DNA from: an uncultured virus (IMG/VR IMGVR_UViG_3300043086_000101)
Lineage: Duplodnaviria > Heunggongvirae > Uroviricota > Caudoviricetes
Virus record (IMG/VR): IMGVR_UViG_3300043086_000101
Strand: one strand, 5' to 3'
DNA length: 20,000 nt
Position numbers and translations under genes: made by a program. Positions 10,247 to 17,621 of this stretch are shown piece after piece. The first letter of the stretch is position 1; the number at the start of each line of letters is the position of its first letter. The notes under the pieces were generated by a model. The model searched no databases. It saw only the letters and a program-made list of their open reading frames with translations, and was not told the origin of the DNA.

Positions 10247-10636
10247 TTAAGATGTTTGGCCCCAAGGTTGAGTATAATCTTTAAAATCATTTTGAGAAGA
10301 ACCAGTATCAATCCAAACAGTATTGATATTTCCTGCTGGTTCTGTATCGCTCCGCACAATGAAAATTCCATTATTTAGAAAATCATAGTAATTACTAACT
10401 AGAGTTTGGAGCGTTACCCATTCAGCATCTTCACTACCATCAGCTGGCTTAATCATACAGTAAATGTTTTTAGCAGGACCTCCGATAGGAATTGCATCAC
10501 TGTATTTGCCATCTTCATTCTTCTGTCGAATATATGAAATAATAGGAGTACTGGAACTAGATACTGTGGTACTATCAGTTATGCTTGTTGATTCTCCAGA
10601 TGTTACTTCTATATTATCAGTGTTTTCATCTGCCAT
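10247..10636 (-). CDS. Small hypothetical tail-associated protein (129 aa)
   Basis: RBS GAGGAGG lies in the last codons of the upstream gene. S/T-rich N-terminus; SDTEP...VWIDT motif of the kind seen in phage tail fibre-associated proteins. Confidence 0.7.
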   Translation of the reverse strand: MADENTDNIEVTSGESTSITDSTTVSSSSTPIISYIRQKNEDGKYSDAIPIGGPAKNIYCMIKPADGSEDAEWVTLQTLVSNYYDFLNNGIFIVRSDTEPAGNINTVWIDTGSSQNDFKDYTQPWGQTS

Positions 10637-10638
10637 GC

Positions 10639-10863
10639 TTATTCTTCCTCCTCACCAGTTTCCTCTTCAGGTAGTTCTTCAGTATCGTCAGATTCTAGTT
10701 CAATTAACATTTCTTGCATTTGTCTTTCTTTTAATGAAACTAGAACTTTATATAAAGCATCTTCCATTAAAGATGCGGAAATATTGTTTGCGTTCATAAG
10801 CTGTAAAATATAATTTTCTACAGTATTCTGAACTTCTAATTTAAATTTATAATCATTAATCAT
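10639..10863 (-). CDS. Small helical acidic hypothetical protein (74 aa), possible spike/fibre assembly chaperone
   Basis: RBS TAAGGAG before ATG; fills the gap between neighbours; amphipathic helices and a poly-Glu tail. The chaperone role is inferred only from position. Confidence 0.7.
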   Translation of the reverse strand: MINDYKFKLEVQNTVENYILQLMNANNISASLMEDALYKVLVSLKERQMQEMLIELESDDTEELPEEETGEEEE

Positions 10864-10884
10864 TTTATCTCCTTATTTTATTTT

Positions 10885-10912
10885 ATTATACAATTGGGTG
10901 ATTATCGGTCAT
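10885..10912 (-). promoter_or_regulatory. Possible sigma-A/sigma-70 promoter for the 74-aa gene and downstream genes
   Basis: Minus strand ATGACC (10912-10907), 16-nt spacer, perfect TATAAT (10890-10885), then a short leader with AAGGAG. The AT-rich background weakens this. Confidence 0.3.
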
Positions 10913-10917
10913 TATCG

Positions 10918-13900
10918 CTATATTGGTGTTGAACTTTTTCCACTAATACTAACTCCATTAATTATAACATAAGCTATCGAAGTATTATATTTTATTGCAA
11001 CATTATTGTATTGTGCAAGACTGGTGCGCTGTATAGTAGGATTCGCACTATCGTTCTCTACATAATAACCAATTATTAAATCGCTTCCGTAATAATCTGC
11101 TACTGAACCTGTATACATGTTACTACTACTGACTGTTTTCCCCGTAAGATTAAAAGAATGGGAATGATTACTATATATACTATTAGAAACCTTAGAATTT
11201 ATTTTACCATTTAGATAAGTATTCAAGTTATCTATATTTTCAGATGTATAGTCAAGAGCTTTATTTATTGCATATAAATGGTTTGAAATACATCTTTTAT
11301 TTTTTGGGTCTGTAGATGAAGTACTAATATCACCAGAAGTTGAATTACATGTAAAATATTTATAATAAGAATTTATTGAACCATCCATTGATAAGTCAGA
11401 ATTAAATATAAATTCACTACCACCAACTTCTGCAATAGATTTTATTTGGTTTATTGAATAAAGTCCGTAGTTACAATTATCATTTACCTTAACTGTACCA
11501 GTAATAAAGACTCCCTGATGAGCATATAATGATTGATTAGCAGCTATTATTCCATTAACCTGAAGATGTTGCCCAATATTAACATATCCAGATAACTCAT
11601 ACCGTTGATTATTACTAATTGGATGATATTCTTTCGTTCCAAGCGAATATGTAGCTGTGCTTGACTTTAAAAAAATACCATTCTTACCATCCATTAATTC
11701 AAATCCTGTAGCACTGCTGTTTTGAGTATTTAATAATAAATAACTCAAACCACTAGAGCTGTCGATATTTGTATTATTTGTATCTGTTCTTGTCGCTACT
11801 CTTTGATACAATAAAGTTTTACCTAAATTTCCATCAATAATAAGACCAGCATCATTAATGCCTGTTTCAGATGCAGGTACATATTGATAATTAGAACTTG
11901 TATTGAAAGCAATAATATTAGATTGTATATCAAGCTCTGAGTCTGACGAAGAAGAATTATCAAGTTTGATATATGCTTCTTTTTCAGTTTTTGTGTCTAC
12001 TTCAGAAGTATAATTAAAATTACTACATCCAACCCCTAAATTAGAGTTATAGTTAGTATTATCAGAAGTAGTCTTAAGTGCAATATTATATTTACTACTA
12101 GTGTTTTTGCTATAAATAGTATTTGTAATGCTACTACTGTTTTTATTAGGAGAATTTTCTGTGCCAATGGAGAATAAACAATCTCCTTCTTGCAATTTGG
12201 TAGTAACTCCATTTGAATTTGCGGCCATATTTAAAATACTTCCATCATTTGTAGTATCATTATTTGTATACCCGCCAAGCTTTAAAGAAAAAGAGTTAGC
12301 ACATTCCATAGAAAGTGTATCATTACTATGAATTTTTACTGTTTTCTTTAAATTTGACGATGATGATGTGCTATCTATTTGAAAATAATTAGAATAATCT
12401 GTATATTTAATATTTTCTGGATCGGTATTATTTACTTCTACATAACTATGACCAAAGAAAGCATTTGAATTAGATAGTGTTAATTTATAATCAGATGATT
12501 GTAAAGCACTTTCTTTCTTAGGGCTGGCATATAAATTTAAAGATTTCCCATATATATTAACAGTTCTAGGATATTCATCTATTGTAGTATTACCAGTAGA
12601 GATATATAACGGACTATTTTTTTCTCCAGTCACTTTATCTGTTGTTTTTTCTTTTTCAGCGTCAATAAATAACTTAACTATATTTTTCTCATCATAAGCA
12701 AATGCTGCACCAACATATTTAGTTATATTTGGATTAGCTTGTTTACCGAAAGCTCCAATATTAGAAATTGTCATAGTTGATTTATTATCTTGAACTGCGT
12801 TTGAATAAAATTGACCCCAAGCATTGATACCAACTAAACTTTTTCTTTTCCACACAGGTGAAACATTTTTCCCATCTTCATTGAGTTCACTTGTTAAATA
12901 ACGACGGTATATTGTGAAAATAGAAGTCGAATCTGGATTAATAGTTAACTCAAGGCTATCTCCACTATTTAGCGTACAATTAGCATCTGCTCCATTAAAG
13001 TCATTATTTTTATCAGACTCCCCATAATAGTATAATGGCCTACCTTTAACATTAATATATGTAGGATTAGAACTAAGTGTAATTCCACTTTCTTTGTTTC
13101 CACAATAAATAGTATTACTAATAGTATCAGATGAATCAATATCAGTGTATATATCACTAGATAAATGTATATCTTTAGCATCATTAGGATTTATTTGAAC
13201 GTCCTTTGCTTCAGATAACGATGATATTCCTGATATATAATATTTTTCTCTTTCATCTTTCGCATATACCTCGTTGCCACTACTATCAATACATTTAATA
13301 AATGTACCTGTTGGGTCTTCCTGATAATTCTCATCATTATCTATACTATACTTTTGGTCTGTATCTGCTATATAATTATTTGTAGACTCATACTCTATTA
13401 TTCCATCGCTATTTGTTGTTTTTTTAAATACTGGAACATATAATTGACATCCTGATACTTTATCACTATTATCTGGAGTCACTTGAGTAAAAATTGGTTC
13501 TGACGGTGTTTTAAAATTATATAAATAAGACTTGCCAAATTTCCAAGAACCAATTTTACTAACTCCACCAGGAATTAATTCAATTTGACCATCAGTACTT
13601 ACATTATTGTCTGAAGGTAATCCAAAAGTAGCAGAACCAGTTTTAGCATCTAGGAAAATAGATCTTTGTCCTTTATTGTAACCAAATAATCCAACCTTAT
13701 CTTCATAACCATATGAAGATAATTTATTAATAGATAATTGTTTTCCTTCTTCATCCGTCTCTAACTTAGCAGTAGTTTCAATTCCCATTACTATGCCAGT
13801 AAAAGTATTATCACTATCTTTCTCGCCTGCTCCAACTTGAGGAGCTAGGATTGCCGCATTATCATCAGATAAAGAAATACTAGTACCATCCCATCCATTG

Positions 13901-16900
13901 AGAGATGACAGGCTATAAGTATTTAAATGCATATATACTGGAGAATAAATAGTAGCAATTTCTATATCGTCTTCTGTTTTAATATGGCAAACAACCATAT
14001 TATTAGTATATTGTCCGTTATAAAAATCATTTGGAGTTATTGAAATGAAATAAGAACGACTTGTCATCTTTTCTTGAATTTCATTTTCTTCGCTATCATT
14101 CTCATTAAATATTTGTTCTTGAATAGTATTATTCTCAATATCATATTTTCCGCTATTTTTGTCAGTATCAAAAGAGACAGTTAAATCACTATATTGCGGG
14201 CAATTGCTCCAGTATTTATCTTCTTCTCCTTCAATAGAAGGTTCTCCGCCACAAGCTTCATAAGTAATATGTAAATTATATGTTATTTCTTTTGGAATAT
14301 TAATTTCAAGACCAAGAGAATCATCATAACTAGGACAATACCCAGAAGAATTATAAGTAACTTCTCTTAATAAATTAGATTTTGTAATTGTAATATTTTT
14401 AATATCATCTTGATATTCAATAATTGGGATTGGATAAAATGCATATGAAGTATAATTAGAAATTACTTCTGATTTTTCAAAAGTAGTGCTAGTTGAACCA
14501 TTACCATCATCTTTTATAACAGCATTATTACAAGTGCGGCCAGAAGATACATTTGCAGAAGCAGAAATAATTTGATTTCTATAGCGCAAATAAGATGTTT
14601 TCTGAACTTCTTCATCTGTCCTAATACTACTAATAGTTGTAGATTTTCTTTCACTTATATCAGTTTTATCACTTCTAGTATCTATTTCAAATGCTTTGGA
14701 GTAATTTTTACCAAGAATATCATTTATACCCCATGATATATTAGTAGCACTACTTGTTTCATCAACATTATTATTAAATACTTGTAAATTAAATTTCATT
14801 TTATCTAATGATACAGCATTATTATTATTCCAGCAACTAGTTCGATAAGATGTAGTTGATTCAGAATTGTCATTAAACTCAGTACTATCATCACTGGTTA
14901 TTTTTTGATTATATATACATAGTGTAGGAGGTTCATTATCTAAAATACTATCTTTTAAATAACTAGAAGATGGAGTAATTCTAGCATAAATGCTAGTACC
15001 ATTTGTCCCATTATCTCCTGTTTTCATAAAAGAAAAATTGGTTTGTTTTGTATAAACACTATCTTCTAACTCAATAACAACTTCAATTTGATTCTGAGTA
15101 CAGCTATAATCATATAAATCAGCAATAGAAAAAGTTAAATCACTACATACACCGTCTGAAATTGTTACTTTATAATACTCTGCTTTTCCAGTTTTTTCAT
15201 TTACTGTCATGTTACTAGGGGTATTAATAAGTGTTTTTTCAAGAGGGAATTTCCAATATGCCTTTAGACCATTCTTAGAAAGATTAACTTTCTGTCCACT
15301 AGTGTCATAGAAAGTAAATGACAACGGATAAATCACTTGCGGAGACTCATATCTTGATGAACATGGAGAAATACCAGCTTCATTATATTGAAATGTTTGA
15401 TTGGCATTTTTAATTTCAATAGTATATCCAGAAGGAGTAGCAGAATTAGTATTTGTTAAAACTATACTTGCAGTAGCAATCTGAGTTGCAGATGCATCTG
15501 ATAAATTTATATATCGATTAGATTCATTACTTCTATATACTGTACAAGAAATTGTGCAACTCTTGTCTACTTGTTCCATCGGGTAAGAAAAAGTATTCTT
15601 TCCAAGTTGAGTAGAAAATGTTGCTATTTTAGCATTTACTAATTTTGTTTTTAAAGAATTATATTGACTGAGTTTTTCTTGAGAATTTTCTTGAGAATTT
15701 TCTTGGCTGCGAAGAGTATTTGCAATACTATCTGTAGCTGTCTGATAATCTTTATTTGCTTTTGAATTTTGGTTTTCTATAACTTTTTGCAGTCTTTGAT
15801 ATAATGAAGAAACTAGATTATCAGAATTATAATCAGTACCAAACCATTTATCAAGTTGAGACTGTGGGTCATCATTAAAAAAGTTAGTTTTTAGATAGGC
15901 GGCTTTCATATTATTAAATTTATCTTCGTTAGAAGTAGTTGAATCCGCATAGTAATCATCAATAGTTTTTTCAAAGTTTGATATATTTGTTAATACATTT
16001 GCCGCTTCTTGCTGCTTATTTAATAACTCTTCATTTGCCGCATCTGTGCCAGAATAAAGCAAATTTTTCATTTCTGTTTCAATTTCAGAAGCAGTCTTAT
16101 CAAAAACAGTAGTAGTACCATCATTTTCAACAGACCAACAGAAATAACAATTATCAACAATTAAATTATTATCTGGGTCATAAATACTACAAGTTAAAAC
16201 TGGTTTACCTCTGTCAAAAGCAAAACTAGTACCAACATCTGAAGTTATGGTAGCGGTATAATTATATTTATTATTCCAAATAATAAATTCTTTACTTAAA
16301 ACAGTTTCTTCATTATTATAAGTTGCAACACATTTATAATAATTTTCATAAGCAGTACAATCCTTATTTTTTACATTAAAATAAGAATTATTTTCATCAT
16401 CAAAAATTTTATAACCAATTCCACCTTTTGGGCTATAGCCGCTAGATAAGAGAGAAGATACTCTTGCATCTTTCTTAAACCAATAGTACTTAGCTCTGTC
16501 AGTCATATCTTCGGTTAAAACTGTTAATTTAGCTTGAGCTGTTAAGTAATCTGGAGAGCCGTCTTTTGCAAAAATTGCACCTTCAGGAGTACTAATAGAT
16601 AATACACTATCCGCGTTTGTATCTGATACGGTTTGTAAGCAATAAATTTCCAAAGCTTTAATAAGTATATTATTTGGATTTGAGTCAGCTGAATCGCTTT
16701 CTGTCTGGTCGACAAAACCACTTGAAAAAGCAATAATTGATTCAATATGGTCAAAATTTTCATTATCTATCGGAAGAATAATATTTTGATTTTGCCATGT
16801 TGTATAATTTAATGGACTACCAGTCATACTAGAGCTATCCAATAGATACTCTTTGGTATACAATTCACCAGTGTCCTGATTTCTAAAAGCTAATCTAAAA

Positions 16901-17496
16901 TTAATTCCATATTGTCCTGTAGCCTTGCGGCGATGCCCAACTGGTAATGAAGTTTTAAAAGAGCCTTCAATTAATATTGCTTCAGCTGCGTTCATATATG
17001 TTTTAAACGCATCTTGATTAATTTGAAGCATATCTTTCGCGGTATCGGCACCGCTGTTAACAGTATTGTAATCATATAACGTAATATAGCATTGACTATA
17101 ATATGAAGATAATCCAATCTTTCCTTCATACATTATATTATTGGCATCTTCAACTACATTATTGCCAATAAGACTATAATCACTCATAAGAGAAGAAATA
17201 GTAGAAATATTGCTATCTATTGTTCCACTATCTGCTAATCCAATAATTACTTTTGTTTGTGACATATCATTTTGTGGAATTAAGATATATACTTCATCGC
17301 CTTGCTTATAATATTTATCTTCTTGCGCATAGGCCCAAATATATCCACCATTATAAAGAATTTTATATTTTCTTCTAAGTGGTTCTTCACATCGTTCAAC
17401 AGTAGCAGTTATTGTTTTGTCTGCTTGAATAGATTCAACTCTATTACTAACAATAGTATCAATTGCAGATAACAAACTCTCTTGAATATTAGACAA
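10918..17496 (-). CDS. Giant tail spike/central fibre-like protein (2192 aa)
   Basis: TTG start with strong RBS AAGGAGGG (17510-17503). OB-fold-like N-terminus (ATV...YKI...YA...YKQGDEVYILIPQNDMS...IIG), Ig-like middle, Gly-rich LNGWDG...ILAPQVGAG...FTGIVMG...IFLDAKTGSATFG block, beta-repeat C-terminal half and HSH motif near the end. Immediately follows the tape measure gene. Confidence 0.7.
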   Translation of the reverse strand: MSNIQESLLSAIDTIVSNRVESIQADKTITATVERCEEPLRRKYKILYNGGYIWAYAQEDKYYKQGDEVYILIPQNDMSQTKVIIGLADSGTIDSNISTISSLMSDYSLIGNNVVEDANNIMYEGKIGLSSYYSQCYITLYDYNTVNSGADTAKDMLQINQDAFKTYMNAAEAILIEGSFKTSLPVGHRRKATGQYGINFRLAFRNQDTGELYTKEYLLDSSSMTGSPLNYTTWQNQNIILPIDNENFDHIESIIAFSSGFVDQTESDSADSNPNNILIKALEIYCLQTVSDTNADSVLSISTPEGAIFAKDGSPDYLTAQAKLTVLTEDMTDRAKYYWFKKDARVSSLLSSGYSPKGGIGYKIFDDENNSYFNVKNKDCTAYENYYKCVATYNNEETVLSKEFIIWNNKYNYTATITSDVGTSFAFDRGKPVLTCSIYDPDNNLIVDNCYFCWSVENDGTTTVFDKTASEIETEMKNLLYSGTDAANEELLNKQQEAANVLTNISNFEKTIDDYYADSTTSNEDKFNNMKAAYLKTNFFNDDPQSQLDKWFGTDYNSDNLVSSLYQRLQKVIENQNSKANKDYQTATDSIANTLRSQENSQENSQEKLSQYNSLKTKLVNAKIATFSTQLGKNTFSYPMEQVDKSCTISCTVYRSNESNRYINLSDASATQIATASIVLTNTNSATPSGYTIEIKNANQTFQYNEAGISPCSSRYESPQVIYPLSFTFYDTSGQKVNLSKNGLKAYWKFPLEKTLINTPSNMTVNEKTGKAEYYKVTISDGVCSDLTFSIADLYDYSCTQNQIEVVIELEDSVYTKQTNFSFMKTGDNGTNGTSIYARITPSSSYLKDSILDNEPPTLCIYNQKITSDDSTEFNDNSESTTSYRTSCWNNNNAVSLDKMKFNLQVFNNNVDETSSATNISWGINDILGKNYSKAFEIDTRSDKTDISERKSTTISSIRTDEEVQKTSYLRYRNQIISASANVSSGRTCNNAVIKDDGNGSTSTTFEKSEVISNYTSYAFYPIPIIEYQDDIKNITITKSNLLREVTYNSSGYCPSYDDSLGLEINIPKEITYNLHITYEACGGEPSIEGEEDKYWSNCPQYSDLTVSFDTDKNSGKYDIENNTIQEQIFNENDSEENEIQEKMTSRSYFISITPNDFYNGQYTNNMVVCHIKTEDDIEIATIYSPVYMHLNTYSLSSLNGWDGTSISLSDDNAAILAPQVGAGEKDSDNTFTGIVMGIETTAKLETDEEGKQLSINKLSSYGYEDKVGLFGYNKGQRSIFLDAKTGSATFGLPSDNNVSTDGQIELIPGGVSKIGSWKFGKSYLYNFKTPSEPIFTQVTPDNSDKVSGCQLYVPVFKKTTNSDGIIEYESTNNYIADTDQKYSIDNDENYQEDPTGTFIKCIDSSGNEVYAKDEREKYYISGISSLSEAKDVQINPNDAKDIHLSSDIYTDIDSSDTISNTIYCGNKESGITLSSNPTYINVKGRPLYYYGESDKNNDFNGADANCTLNSGDSLELTINPDSTSIFTIYRRYLTSELNEDGKNVSPVWKRKSLVGINAWGQFYSNAVQDNKSTMTISNIGAFGKQANPNITKYVGAAFAYDEKNIVKLFIDAEKEKTTDKVTGEKNSPLYISTGNTTIDEYPRTVNIYGKSLNLYASPKKESALQSSDYKLTLSNSNAFFGHSYVEVNNTDPENIKYTDYSNYFQIDSTSSSSNLKKTVKIHSNDTLSMECANSFSLKLGGYTNNDTTNDGSILNMAANSNGVTTKLQEGDCLFSIGTENSPNKNSSSITNTIYSKNTSSKYNIALKTTSDNTNYNSNLGVGCSNFNYTSEVDTKTEKEAYIKLDNSSSSDSELDIQSNIIAFNTSSNYQYVPASETGINDAGLIIDGNLGKTLLYQRVATRTDTNNTNIDSSSGLSYLLLNTQNSSATGFELMDGKNGIFLKSSTATYSLGTKEYHPISNNQRYELSGYVNIGQHLQVNGIIAANQSLYAHQGVFITGTVKVNDNCNYGLYSINQIKSIAEVGGSEFIFNSDLSMDGSINSYYKYFTCNSTSGDISTSSTDPKNKRCISNHLYAINKALDYTSENIDNLNTYLNGKINSKVSNSIYSNHSHSFNLTGKTVSSSNMYTGSVADYYGSDLIIGYYVENDSANPTIQRTSLAQYNNVAIKYNTSIAYVIINGVSISGKSSTPI
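15674..15705. repeat. In-frame 12-bp tandem repeat (TTTTCTTGAGAA x ~2.7) encoding SQENSQENSQEK
   Basis: Read directly: ttttcttgagaa ttttcttgagaa ttttcttg. Confidence 0.9.
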
Positions 17497-17517
17497 TTAC
17501 TTCCCTCCTTTTATCTC

Positions 17518-17557
17518 AAATAAAAAAGGGTGGGAGCATAATGCTACCCACCCTTTT
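17518..17557 (-). terminator. Intrinsic (Rho-independent) terminator-like hairpin after the tape measure gene
   Basis: Minus strand AAAAGGGTGGG-T-AGCA-TTA-TGCT-CCCACCC-TTTTTTATTT: GC-rich stem with one bulge followed by a U-tract. A shorter T4 tract exists on the other strand. Confidence 0.85.
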
Positions 17558-17621
17558 ATCCTTTATGCTCTAATTTTATTGAAAATCAGATATAGGATTT
17601 TGCTTTATTTTGCCCAAAATC

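Noticed and set aside
10918..11200. Diversity-generating retroelement target or invertible tail-fibre cassette at the spike C-terminus
   Set aside because: No reverse transcriptase, template repeat, invertase or duplicated C-terminal cassette seen in the window; cannot be excluded elsewhere in the genome.
8880..16763. Nested minus-strand ORFs 8880..9074, 12969..13184, 16542..16763 (superficially membrane or holin-like)
   Set aside because: Out-of-frame within long genes; the I/L/K-rich composition is the expected frame-shift artefact.
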